Shown here piece by piece: positions 1 through 8,335 of a stretch of 64,000 nt of DNA. How positions within the stretch are numbered: the first letter of the stretch is position 1; every line of letters starts with the position of its first letter. The notes beneath the pieces are model-generated. The model had not been told where the DNA came from. It made no database searches and was given only the letters and a program-made list of their open reading frames with translations. Position numbers and translations under genes: made by a program. Source of the stretch: Candidatus Anstonellales archaeon (lineage in GTDB: Archaea; Micrarchaeota; Micrarchaeia; Anstonellales; J096). Where the stretch lies: NCBI GenBank assembly GCA_038890745.1, contig JAWAFD010000002.1, positions 248,782-312,781 of the forward strand, written 5' to 3'.

Positions 1-164
1 CCGAGCTCTTCGCCTTTTTTCTCCAGCAAATCCTGTATTCCTTTGAAAGAGCTTTCGGCTACAGCAAGCATCATGACAAAACTTAGAAGCTGCTCCTCCA
101 TAGGTCCTGGAAATCTGTGCACCTTTTCTTCATGCTCCTTTTCTTTTTGTGCATGTTTCACCAT
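1..164 (-). CDS. partial hypothetical protein; N-terminal part only, the CDS continues past the window start
   Basis: Minus-strand frame with ATG at 164..162 reads MVKHAQKEKEHEEKVHRFPGPMEEQLLSFVMMLAVAESSFKGIQDLLEKKGEEL and is still open at position 1. The plus-strand ORF 43..234 is low-complexity and antisense to it. Confidence 0.3.
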   Translation of the reverse strand, partial: MVKHAQKEKEHEEKVHRFPGPMEEQLLSFVMMLAVAESSFKGIQDLLEKKGEEL

Positions 165-300
165 ACAAGATCCCTTGATTTTCTTGTTAACATATAATTG
201 CAGGGGATGGGATTTCCAAACCCTTTTCCGCTGAAGCGCTTTTAGGCAGCCCGAAAAGGGCTCTTTGAACCCATGAACCCACTAAGGGACAGGATTTTTT

Positions 301-494
301 CATAAGGGCACGGGGTTAGTAAATGGTTAGGTGCCCAACCGCCGTCCCATCTACCCTCCACCAAAAGGCGGAAGGGGTTGATAAGGGCACGGGGTTAGTA
401 AATGGTTAGGTGCCCAACCGCCGTCCCATCTACCCTCCACCAAAAGGCGGAAGGGGTTGATAAGGGCACGGGGTTAGTAAATGGTTAGGTGCCC
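301..494. repeat. exact tandem repeat, 79-bp unit x 2.45 copies (gataagggcacggggttagtaaatggttaggtgcccaaccgccgtcccatctaccctccaccaaaaggcggaaggggtt)
   Basis: Read directly: copies at 301-379, 380-458 and a partial copy at 459-494. The only difference is the first base of copy 1. Each unit holds two inverted repeats (gggcac..gtgccc and ccgcc..ggcgg). GC-rich relative to the surroundings. Confidence 0.9.
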
Positions 495-582
495 TTATTC
501 TTAAGTCCTGCGCCTTTGACCAGACTTGGCGACCCCTGCAAAAACGGAACCCATGTCCCGTTTAATTTTTAAATAAAGGAAA

Positions 583-1356
583 ATGTTTATATTCATGCAC
601 CATTTGATACGCTTTTACTATCCGCGTGCCAACTCCTCACCCATGCTTTTGCTCAAGAACAGCGATGGTATGCAGTCTTTCTCGCTTGAGTTAAATAAAA
701 AAATTTCAATAGAATTTTTGGAGAAAAAATGTATCGGGTACAGAGGCGTTTCTGGATTTTTTCCCTGCCCAAACGATGCGATAAACACAAAACAGTGCCC
801 CACATGCAGGTTCAGGGATATCTCAAAGGTTTATACCCGGATGGATATTTCTGGATATGAAGGGTTGGAAGAAAAATTCAAGAACCGGATGGTTAGCATC
901 TATCTCGCTTCTTTTGGGCCGTTGGTGAAGGTTGGAGTAAGCGAAAATGTTGAGAGAAGGGTTTACGAACAGGGCGCTGATTTTTGGGCGGAGATCATGC
1001 GCATGAAAGCTGAGGAAGCATACTCAATGGAGCAGATAATAAAAGAGAGGTTTGGAATTCCTGATGCGATACATTCGAGAAAGAAAATATCCGTTCTCTG
1101 TTCGGATGAAAACCCGCTGCCGGGGGTGATAGAAAAAATGCGTTCTGATGAGCTTATCTCTCCATATCTTAAAGAAAGTATCTCACTGAAAAGGAACATT
1201 TTTATATTTCCAAAGAATCCGAGAGCGAGCAAGAAAGACATTTCAGGAAAAATTTCTGGCTGGAAGGGCCAATTCCTATTTTTTTCTGATGGCGGAGAAA
1301 ATTTTTTTGCAGATATGAAAGCAAAAGAGGGGTTTTTGATTAATCTGAAAGAATAG
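583..1356 (+). CDS. hypothetical protein with CxxC..CxxC zinc ribbon and a possible GIY-YIG/T5orf172-like segment
   Basis: 257-aa ORF. CPNDAINTKQCPTCRF forms a Zn ribbon. GPLVKVGVSENVERRVYEQGADFW resembles the LVKIG..ER..E core of T5orf172/GIY-YIG-like domains; that match is from memory and weak. TATA-like aatttttaaataaagg sits upstream. Confidence 0.45.
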   Translation: MFIFMHHLIRFYYPRANSSPMLLLKNSDGMQSFSLELNKKISIEFLEKKCIGYRGVSGFFPCPNDAINTKQCPTCRFRDISKVYTRMDISGYEGLEEKFKNRMVSIYLASFGPLVKVGVSENVERRVYEQGADFWAEIMRMKAEEAYSMEQIIKERFGIPDAIHSRKKISVLCSDENPLPGVIEKMRSDELISPYLKESISLKRNIFIFPKNPRASKKDISGKISGWKGQFLFFSDGGENFFADMKAKEGFLINLKE

Positions 1357-1395
1357 GGGTTTTTAATTTTTTCTTTGTTTAAGAACTAAGCATCT

Positions 1396-1622
1396 GCTCC
1401 GGTAGTCTAGTGGTCAAGGATATCGGCCTCTCGTGGAATTTAAAAATTCCAGGGAAAGCCGGTGACCCGGGTTCGAAACCAAACCCAGGGGGAAGTTTCT
1501 CCCTAGGTTCCAGGTCTCTTTCTTAACCCCCTCATTTTTGCTCGTATAAGATAGGAGGGTTGGAGTTAGGGGGTCATCTAATAAGCTGAGCCCCCTGGCT
1601 GGTGGAAATCCCGGCCGGAGCA
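1396..1622 (+). tRNA. tRNA-Glu(CUC) with two introns: a canonical 23-nt intron after position 37 (1434-1456) and a ~131-nt intron inside the T-loop (about 1478-1608)
   Basis: Acceptor GCTCCGG (1396-1402) pairs perfectly with CCGGAGC (1615-1621); discriminator A at 1622. D-stem GTCT/GGAT. Anticodon stem TCGGC/GCCGG with loop CTCTCG[intron]A gives anticodon CUC. T-stem CCGGG (1467-1471)/CCCGG (1610-1614); T-loop TTCGAA(A/T) is interrupted by ~131 nt. The exon sequence is near-identical to archaeal tRNA-Glu as I remember it. Confidence 0.6.
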
Positions 1623-1625
1623 AAT

Positions 1626-1910
1626 TTATTTTCTGCGTTTTCTTCTCACTCTTCCAGCCGGTTTTTTTGCTTTTGTTTTCTGGCCCATCCCTACCCTTAC
1701 CTCGGGTTTTGCAAGCAGCTCACCTTTCTGTACGGTATTTATATTGAGAATATCATACGCAGGGCAGTAGCCGAGTATGCCGGTCAGAAATACAATCACA
1801 CCGATTCCGTACAAAATCCAGTTGTTTCCATAGTAAAATCCAAGCACTATCAGGAAAATGCCGACAACCAGCCTTAGGGTTTGGTCCAATATTCCTACAT
1901 TCTGTTTCAT
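1626..1910 (-). CDS. small membrane protein, DUF2892-like (two TM helices, basic C-terminus)
   Basis: 94 aa with G-x-x-R..G..L..G..G..G.CP.Y pattern and two hydrophobic helices. Assigned to the YgaP-like DUF2892 family from memory. Confidence 0.5.
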   Translation of the reverse strand: MKQNVGILDQTLRLVVGIFLIVLGFYYGNNWILYGIGVIVFLTGILGYCPAYDILNINTVQKGELLAKPEVRVGMGQKTKAKKPAGRVRRKRRK

Positions 1911-1971
1911 ATTCTCACCGCTTTTTATTCACCCAAGAGAGTTTTTAAACATTCCCTTTGAGTAGAATATC

Positions 1972-2823
1972 ATGGACATTCTTTCAGCAATAGGCAACAC
2001 GCCTTTAGTGAAATTGAAGTGCGGAGCGTACGCAAAGCTTGAGTACTACAACCCAACAGGTTCTATAAAAGATAGGATTGCAAAGCAAATTGTTGAGGAT
2101 GCTGAAAAAACCGGAAGGCTGAAAAAGGGAATGATAATTCTTGAAGCCACATCCGGAAATACTGGCATTTCCATGGCTTTTGTTGGAGCCGTTAAAGGAT
2201 ATAAAGTAAAAATAATAATGCCCTGCTGCATGACTTTGGAAAGAAGGGCAATCATAACCAGCTTTGGGGCTGAGCTTGAGCTTGCGGATGACCCGATAGA
2301 TGCTATAAACAAAGCAGAAAAATATGCGAAAGAAAAACCGAATGTTTATTTTTTTGCAAACCAATTTGCAAACTACAGCAATGTTAAGGCGCATATGAAA
2401 ACGGGCGAGGAAATATGGAAGCAGACAAAGGGAAAAGTAACCCATTTTTTCGCAGGTTTGGGAACCGGTGGAACTATCACGGGTGTTGCGAAATACTTGA
2501 AAAAGAAAAACCCAAAAATCAAGATTATTGCTGTGGAGCCGAAAGAGAATGAAATAATCCAGGGGCTTATGAATTTTGCATTCAGGGATAAGTATGCAAA
2601 AGTTTTGGAGGCTGAGCTGATAGATGAGTTTGTTGAGGTTTCGTTGAAGGACGCGATAGAGTATCAGAAAAAACTTATTTTGGAAGAAGGGGTTTTTGGC
2701 GGGCAGAGCTCTGGCGCAATATACAAAACAGTTCTTGAGTATTCAGATAAAGCAAAATGCCCTGTTTTTATTGTGCCGGATGCTGGTTTCAAATATCTCA
2801 GTGTTTTAAGTATTGAAAAATAA
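1972..2823 (+). CDS. cysK: cysteine synthase / O-acetylserine sulfhydrylase family PLP enzyme
   Basis: N-terminal IGNTPLVKL and NPTGSIKDR (PLP lysine motif), plus GNTGIS and GTGGTITG glycine-rich loop. Confidence 0.85.
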   Translation: MDILSAIGNTPLVKLKCGAYAKLEYYNPTGSIKDRIAKQIVEDAEKTGRLKKGMIILEATSGNTGISMAFVGAVKGYKVKIIMPCCMTLERRAIITSFGAELELADDPIDAINKAEKYAKEKPNVYFFANQFANYSNVKAHMKTGEEIWKQTKGKVTHFFAGLGTGGTITGVAKYLKKKNPKIKIIAVEPKENEIIQGLMNFAFRDKYAKVLEAELIDEFVEVSLKDAIEYQKKLILEEGVFGGQSSGAIYKTVLEYSDKAKCPVFIVPDAGFKYLSVLSIEK

Positions 2824-2846
2824 AAACAAGAAAAGTAAACACAAAA

Positions 2847-2919
2847 CGCCCCGGGTCGGATTTGAACCGACGACCTTCCGGTTAACAGCCGGACGCTCTA
2901 CCAGCTGAGCTACCGAGGC
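2847..2919 (-). tRNA. tRNA-Asn(GUU), canonical, no intron
   Basis: The reverse complement GCCTCGGTAGCTCAGCTGGTAGAGCGTCCGGCTGTTAACCGGAAGGTCGTCGGTTCAAATCCGACCCGGGGCG folds as a perfect cloverleaf. Anticodon loop CTGTTAA; T-loop TTCAAAT. Confidence 0.9.
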
Positions 2920-2986
2920 ATTATGGAGTAAGGTTTTTTATTAGCAAAAGAACTGTTTAAAAAACTAAGCGGACACAAGATTTCCA

Positions 2987-4105
2987 ATGAAAAAAATAGC
3001 AACAATAAATTTTTTAGACCATTTTGTATTCTACTCATTAAGTTTAATCTTTCCGCTTTACCTAGCACAGAAAAATCTCTCTTTGAGCGAGATAGGTCTC
3101 TTACTTTCAATCATGCCGTTTGTGAGCATAGCTTTCAGGCTTTTGTTTGCATACGTGGCGGATAGGATTGGGTACAAACTTTTCTTTATAATCGATGGGA
3201 TTTCCATGGCGCTCGCAAATGTAATCTATGCTTTTGCATCTCTTCCCATACATTTTGGATTGGGTAAGATTAGCGAGGCTGTTTCAACCCAATCATTCTG
3301 GGCGGTTAACAGAACAGCGATCTATTTCTCCTCAAACGGTCGGGAGGAAAAAAGCGCTGCATTTATGGATGGTGTAAGGAGGGTGGCGATCGCCTTAGGC
3401 ACCCTTGCGAGTGGTTTTTTCCTCACATCCATATCCTTTGAAAACACATTCATCCTACTATCCACGATCTCCCTTTTCCTGGCTTTTATTGCATTTACGC
3501 TTAAAGGAAAAATCACACCAATCCGCTTCAACATGAAAGATTTTTCCCTTGCGGTTCTAATGAAAAGGAAAAGAAGTTTTTGGCAGACTTCGCTTGCGAT
3601 GGTCTTTTCTGTTTCCGTTCTCACAGTTCTTGTGATGTTTGCCCTTCCCTTGTTTATGAAAGAGCAGCTTGGGCTTTCTTATGAAGAGATAGGGGTTTTA
3701 TTCACCATTTTTTATGTTGCGAGCGCTATCGGTTCTTTTATAACATTAAAAAAAGATTTTCAGCTCTATTTTCTTCCGCTGATGGTTTTCCTTAGCCTTT
3801 CCATCATTTTCTTACCGCTCTCTCCGGCTGAATATTTTTTTATCCTTTTTGTTATTTTCTCTTTATCCTACGGAATACTGTTTGCCTTCCATGAGTACAT
3901 AATCGCGAAAGAGACAAAGGGGAGTAAGACGGTTTCTCTTGATATAGGGGTTTTGCACATTCCCACAAGGATAGCGCAGACCATTGTTCTAATCCTTGGC
4001 GGTTTTCTCGCTCAGATCTTTGGTTTTGTTTCTGTTTTCCTGCTTTCTTTTTTCATGTTTGTTGGGTTTTCGGTTGTTGCGCATGGATTAATAAAAAAGA
4101 ATTAG
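2987..4105 (+). CDS. MFS-type transporter (about 12 TM helices)
   Basis: 372 aa, hydrophobic throughout, with two halves of six helices and a D-R-x-G-Y-K-like loop motif (VADRIGYK) after TM2. Confidence 0.7.
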   Translation: MKKIATINFLDHFVFYSLSLIFPLYLAQKNLSLSEIGLLLSIMPFVSIAFRLLFAYVADRIGYKLFFIIDGISMALANVIYAFASLPIHFGLGKISEAVSTQSFWAVNRTAIYFSSNGREEKSAAFMDGVRRVAIALGTLASGFFLTSISFENTFILLSTISLFLAFIAFTLKGKITPIRFNMKDFSLAVLMKRKRSFWQTSLAMVFSVSVLTVLVMFALPLFMKEQLGLSYEEIGVLFTIFYVASAIGSFITLKKDFQLYFLPLMVFLSLSIIFLPLSPAEYFFILFVIFSLSYGILFAFHEYIIAKETKGSKTVSLDIGVLHIPTRIAQTIVLILGGFLAQIFGFVSVFLLSFFMFVGFSVVAHGLIKKN

Positions 4106-4236
4106 GCAACATCACATTCGCTCCATCCGCAGTTTGGACATTCTACGCATCCTTCCTCATGCACAAGCTTACTTCCGCAGATAGGGCATATCCCTTTTTT
4201 TATTTTCTTCTTTTCATCGTTATTTTTAACAGCCAA
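4102..4236 (-). CDS. possible small zinc-ribbon protein (CPICG..CPNCG); no ATG, candidate TTG start or frameshifted C-terminus of the upstream gene
   Basis: Minus-strand frame reads ..[36 protein letters not shown] then stop TAA at 4104..4102. It is out of frame with ORF 4238..4519, and the frame stays open upstream past 4236. Confidence 0.3.
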   Translation of the reverse strand: MAVKNNDEKKKIKKGICPICGSKLVHEEGCVECPNCGWSECDVA

Positions 4237-4237
4237 C

Positions 4238-4519
4238 TCATTCCCCCTCGCTTTTGAGCTTAAACGAGAGCAAGCTGTTTATCCATCCTGAGTGGAAAAG
4301 TTCGGAAAGAAGCCTTTTTGCTTTTGACAAAACCTTTTTTTCATCCTCTTCTATAAGCCATATCAAAAAAAGAAGGTCTTGTATGCCGGCCTCTGTTGCT
4401 TCTTCAAACTCCTTTTTTAGCTTTTTTATCTCCTCCTTGTTTTTTTTCAGGAATTCCTTAAAACTCTTTGATTTTTCTGCCCTTTCTGCTTCTTCATCAG
4501 GTTCTTTTTCTTTGTACAT
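4238..4519 (-). CDS. hypothetical K/E-rich coiled-coil protein
   Basis: 93-aa ORF, charged and low complexity. Possibly contiguous with the downstream Zn ribbon if a frameshift exists. Confidence 0.35.
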   Translation of the reverse strand: MYKEKEPDEEAERAEKSKSFKEFLKKNKEEIKKLKKEFEEATEAGIQDLLFLIWLIEEDEKKVLSKAKRLLSELFHSGWINSLLSFKLKSEGE

Positions 4520-4559
4520 GCATAAACGTTCCGATAAACCATTTAAAAAGTTTTCGAAT

Positions 4560-5741
4560 TTACCGTGCCTTTTTCCTCAGCATCTCCACTCCCACCAGCT
4601 CCTCTCCCCCTAAGTATCTTAAAAATGCTTTTCCGCTTAGGCTTATATAGCCAAACTTACTTTCATCCAGCCCGAAAAGTTCTAGTGCGTTTGTTGTATG
4701 CCCGCCTCCGATAAGAGAAAACCCTTTGCTCTCTGTTATCGCCCTAAGCACATCCTCTGTTCCAAATGAAAAATCCAAAACCTCGTACATCCCCATCGGG
4801 CCGTTCATCACTATGTACTTTGCTTTTTTTATTATCTTTGAATATTTCTTGACTGTTTCGGGCCCTATATCAAGAATTTCACCTCTTATTTTTTCCCCAA
4901 CTTTAACTATCTCTTTTTCTCCGGTCTCTGTTTTTACGGCAACATCAACCGGTAAGAATATCTCCTCCCTATGTTTAGCCATTATCTCCTTCACCTCATC
5001 AACATATTTCATCATATCATTTGTAATCAGGTAACCCATGGAGGCCCCTATGTCATTTCCTTCTGCATACAGGAAAAGGTTTGCTATTACCCCCCCAAGC
5101 AAAAATTTATTTTTTCCATTAAGCTGTTTTTTCATTATCTTTAACGAGTCCTTAACCTTACTTCCTCCCATCACAAACACGACATCCTCTCCCTTGCTTA
5201 CCTTATCTAATGCCTCCAACTCTTTAATTAGGGTTCTGCCAGCAAGCACAGGAAGCTTTTCGCCAAACCCGACAACAGAGGCATGTTTTCTGTGGCTTAC
5301 GCTGAGCGCATCGAGTATGAAGTAATCCGCAAGAGGAGAAAGCTCCTTTACGATCTTTGCTTCGCTTACGCTTTCCTCTTTCATCTCATCCTCAACAAAC
5401 CTCACATTTTCAAGAAGAACGATCTCGCCATCTTTCAGCTCTTTTATTGCTTTTTTCGCCTCCTCACCGCAAACATCGGGTACAAACTTGACCGGTTTTC
5501 CAACCTCTTCAGCAAGGAGCTGCGCATGCTGTTTTAGGGTGATGAAATCCTCATCGCCAGGCGCTCCCTGATGAGAAAGTAGGACGATCTTCGCACCTAC
5601 ATCTGAAAGCTCTCTCACGCTCTTTGCATGTTCCCTTATCCTTGGGTTTGGAAGAACCTCCCCATTGCTCACAGGAGAGTTCAGGTCTATTCTCTTTATA
5701 ACAACCTTTCCTTTCAGGTCTACATCATATACAGATTTCAT
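4560..5741 (-). CDS. pgk: phosphoglycerate kinase
   Basis: MKSVYDVDLKGKVVIKRIDLNSPV N-terminus, plus GGSKVKDSL and GGGHT motifs. The ORF track extends 8 codons further upstream to 5765. Confidence 0.9.
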   Translation of the reverse strand: MKSVYDVDLKGKVVIKRIDLNSPVSNGEVLPNPRIREHAKSVRELSDVGAKIVLLSHQGAPGDEDFITLKQHAQLLAEEVGKPVKFVPDVCGEEAKKAIKELKDGEIVLLENVRFVEDEMKEESVSEAKIVKELSPLADYFILDALSVSHRKHASVVGFGEKLPVLAGRTLIKELEALDKVSKGEDVVFVMGGSKVKDSLKIMKKQLNGKNKFLLGGVIANLFLYAEGNDIGASMGYLITNDMMKYVDEVKEIMAKHREEIFLPVDVAVKTETGEKEIVKVGEKIRGEILDIGPETVKKYSKIIKKAKYIVMNGPMGMYEVLDFSFGTEDVLRAITESKGFSLIGGGHTTNALELFGLDESKFGYISLSGKAFLRYLGGEELVGVEMLRKKAR

Positions 5742-5785
5742 CCTCTCGCCCCCAATTAAGAACATTACTCAAAAGAAACAAAAGG

Positions 5786-7807
5786 TTATTTAACCTTCTC
5801 TTTTTTCTCCTTTATTTTTTTCTTTGATGGGCATTCAAAGTTCAGGCACATCTCAAACATCCCCTTTTTTCCCATCTTAACCTTTACAACAGGAGCGCCG
5901 CACTCCTCGCATGTTTTTTTAGTCGGCAGGACATATGCGTTGCGTGGAAGTGGGTATATCATCTTACAGTTCGGATAGTTTGAGCATCCAACAAATTGTT
6001 TCCCGCCATTCATCCTTATTATCCTAAGATCCGAGCCACATTCAGGGCATTTCCCTACGATGTTCTTTTCTGCATCCATTACCTTCCATGATGCGAGCAA
6101 CTCCTTTCCTATCTCCTTCTCTTCAGCTTTGAACCTGCTTAGGATTTCGGTAAGCACAACCTTTCCTTCCTCCACTACCCTCTCCTTTTCCATCTTTCCT
6201 TCCTGTATTTTTTCCATTTCTTCCTCTATCCTTCTCGTAAGCTCCACATCCAGTATTTGTGGGGAGTGCCTCCCGAGCACTTCCTCAACAACCATCCCGA
6301 ATTCAGTAACCTCTATGCTTTTTCCTTTTATGTATTGCCGGTCATACAGCGTATCTACAATCACAGACCTGGTTGCCTTTGTTCCAAGATGAAGCCTTTC
6401 TAGTTCTTTGACGAGTGTTGCGGGCGTGAAGCGCGCAGGTGGTTTTGTTTCTTTTTTCTTTTTCTCAGTTTTTTGTATAGAAACGTTCTCCCCGTTCTTA
6501 AAATCCGGAAGCTCCTCATCTTTAATCTTTGCGTAAGGATAGAATTCTATCCATCCCCTTTCCCTTGTTTTTACGCCTTCTGCTTTGTATTTCTCTCCTG
6601 CATCAACCCTCACGCTCACAACCTCTCTTACCGCAAACGGGGCGAAGCAGGATAGGAATCTTCTTACTATCAAATCGTAAAGTTTCTTCTCGTTTCCCCC
6701 TACTTTTCCCTTCATACCTGTCGGATGGATTGCGGGATGAGCCGGGTCTTCCTTTGCCCCTTCTCTTGGTTTTAGCCATTTATTCGCGAGGAGTTTTTCC
6801 GCATCTTCTCTGTACTCCTCCTGTTCTTTCAACCTCTCTATTATTTTCTGCAGGCCCAATTTTGCTGGAAGCTTCTGGCTTGAGGTTCTTGGGTAAGAGA
6901 TAAGCGATGCTTCATATAATGATTGGGCGAGTTGTAGGGTCTGGCTCGGAGAAAATCCAAAAACCCTGCTCGCCTCAAGCTGGAGGGAAGTTAGGTCGAA
7001 TGGCGGGTTTGGCGGTATTTTTTTCTCCTCCTTTTTTACATTCTCAACCGTTCCCTCCTTTTTCGTTCTTTCTCTTGCTCCATCAGCTTCCTTTTCATCA
7101 AAAAATTTTTCTTTCTCATGAATGAAATAAACATTCTTTATTTTTGCATAAATCTCCCAATAAGGAGTTGGTTTGAAGTTTCTTATCTCCTTTTCTCTCT
7201 TTACTAATATTTCCAGTGTTGGTCCCTGTACCCTACCTATGCTCATCGTTATTCCTTTTCCGCCCGCAGAGCCTATTGCCCTCATCAGTGCCCTGCTTAG
7301 ATTTATACCATAATACCAATCCAGGATGTGCCTTGCTTCTCCGGCATATACATTCCCATAATCCATCTCGCTCAGGTTTTCAAAAGCCTCTTTCAGCTCG
7401 TATGGTGTGAGGGTGGAGAATTTCATCCTTTTCAGTTTTTTCCCTCCACCCACCGCAAACCTGTAAACATTATATCCTATGAGAGACCCTTCTATATCAT
7501 AGTCGCAAGCAATGATGACCTCATCCGCCTTCTTTCCTAGCTTTTCAAGAATGCTTATGTAATCCTTTGTGTAGTACGCGCCCTTTACCGCCTTATAAGA
7601 TGGAACCCATTCAATATCAAAAACAGGATAATCAAAGCTCTTTTTTTTCTCAGCAAGCGTGTAGACATGCCCTACCGCTGGTGCGACAGCAATCTCCTCT
7701 CCGATGGCGTAGTAGCCTGCCTTCCCCATCTTCACGAATTTTGCGTTTCCTATCGCAGATGCAATCTTCCCGGCGACCTTTGGTTTTTCAGCTATTATAA
7801 GAATCAT
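5786..7807 (-). CDS. topA: type IA DNA topoisomerase (TopA/Topo III-like) with C-terminal zinc ribbons
   Basis: Toprim start MILIIAEKPKVAG, active-site region ISYPRTSSQKL, and C-terminal CPECG..C..C and CEECG Zn ribbons. No helicase domain, so not reverse gyrase. The ORF track starts 24 codons earlier at 7879. Confidence 0.9.
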   Translation of the reverse strand: MILIIAEKPKVAGKIASAIGNAKFVKMGKAGYYAIGEEIAVAPAVGHVYTLAEKKKSFDYPVFDIEWVPSYKAVKGAYYTKDYISILEKLGKKADEVIIACDYDIEGSLIGYNVYRFAVGGGKKLKRMKFSTLTPYELKEAFENLSEMDYGNVYAGEARHILDWYYGINLSRALMRAIGSAGGKGITMSIGRVQGPTLEILVKREKEIRNFKPTPYWEIYAKIKNVYFIHEKEKFFDEKEADGARERTKKEGTVENVKKEEKKIPPNPPFDLTSLQLEASRVFGFSPSQTLQLAQSLYEASLISYPRTSSQKLPAKLGLQKIIERLKEQEEYREDAEKLLANKWLKPREGAKEDPAHPAIHPTGMKGKVGGNEKKLYDLIVRRFLSCFAPFAVREVVSVRVDAGEKYKAEGVKTRERGWIEFYPYAKIKDEELPDFKNGENVSIQKTEKKKKETKPPARFTPATLVKELERLHLGTKATRSVIVDTLYDRQYIKGKSIEVTEFGMVVEEVLGRHSPQILDVELTRRIEEEMEKIQEGKMEKERVVEEGKVVLTEILSRFKAEEKEIGKELLASWKVMDAEKNIVGKCPECGSDLRIIRMNGGKQFVGCSNYPNCKMIYPLPRNAYVLPTKKTCEECGAPVVKVKMGKKGMFEMCLNFECPSKKKIKEKKEKVK

Positions 7808-7849
7808 CTGTTCTTTGTTTTTATTAAGGTTTTTTAAAATGCTCGGTTT

Positions 7850-8332
7850 TTGAATATCTCCATGAAACCATCCACGCACGATCTTTCAGCGGTTGCGTTT
7901 GGAACTATGGACGGCGTGATAAATGTTCTTGGCATCCTTCTTGGGGTGTATGCAGCTACTAGCAGCAGGCTTGCGGTTATTGCTGCTGTTGTTGCGGGAG
8001 GGGTTGCGAATGGAATCGCAAACGCGGCAGGCCTTCATGTTTCAAAAGAGGTTGATGGCGTTAGGGGGCATGGAAAAATATTCTTTATAATGCTCTATGG
8101 GTTTCTTGCAACCTTCCTGACTGGCTTAGTTCAGATCGTCCCGCTATTTTTTCTTCCTTTGGATGTTGGCGTTTATGTAGGCGCATTCATAGGCCTTGTG
8201 CTTCTTGCGATCCTTGGGTACATGAATGAAAAAAGTTTACACGTTTCATTAGAGTATGTAGGAATGGGCCTTGTTGGTGGGGTTCTTGCATATTCATTGG
8301 GAGCATTAATAAATTCGGTTATTGCGGGTTGA
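7850..8332 (+). CDS. VIT1/CCC1-family (DUF125-like) small membrane protein
   Basis: SAVAFGTMDGVINVLGILLG and glycine-rich TM helices resemble the vacuolar iron transporter family. Called from memory. Confidence 0.5.
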   Translation: MNISMKPSTHDLSAVAFGTMDGVINVLGILLGVYAATSSRLAVIAAVVAGGVANGIANAAGLHVSKEVDGVRGHGKIFFIMLYGFLATFLTGLVQIVPLFFLPLDVGVYVGAFIGLVLLAILGYMNEKSLHVSLEYVGMGLVGGVLAYSLGALINSVIAG

Positions 8333-8335
8333 AGC

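Noticed and set aside
43-234. The plus-strand 63-aa ORF at the window start.
   Set aside because: It is Cys/Ser/Phe-rich low complexity and antisense to a better minus-strand frame that runs off the window.
301-494. A possible CRISPR array, suggested by the regular repeats with hairpins.
   Set aside because: The whole 79-bp unit is identical between copies and there are no unique spacers. There are only 2.45 copies and no cas genes nearby. It is a plain tandem repeat.
1479-1608. The 130-nt stretch between the tRNA-Glu halves as a separate gene or as two split tRNA halves in trans.
   Set aside because: Both halves are on the same strand, in order, with matching acceptor strands. No ORF or second tRNA fits. 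An intron is the simpler explanation, though a disrupted pseudogene cannot be excluded.
2005-2445. The many antisense or overlapping ORFs of 60-200 aa inside long genes (for example 2005-2445, 6060-6392, 13375-13653, 26617-27132, 27458-28063, 45065-45975, 47913-48446, 53067-53534).
   Set aside because: They lie opposite or out of frame to strongly supported conserved genes and are low-complexity (S/L/F/P-rich). They are artefacts of six-frame translation.
5786-7879. Reverse gyrase, suggested by the topoisomerase with zinc fingers in an archaeon.
   Set aside because: It is only ~675 aa with no SF2 helicase (Walker A/DEAD) domain, and the Toprim sits at the N-terminus. It is a type IA TopA/Topo III enzyme.
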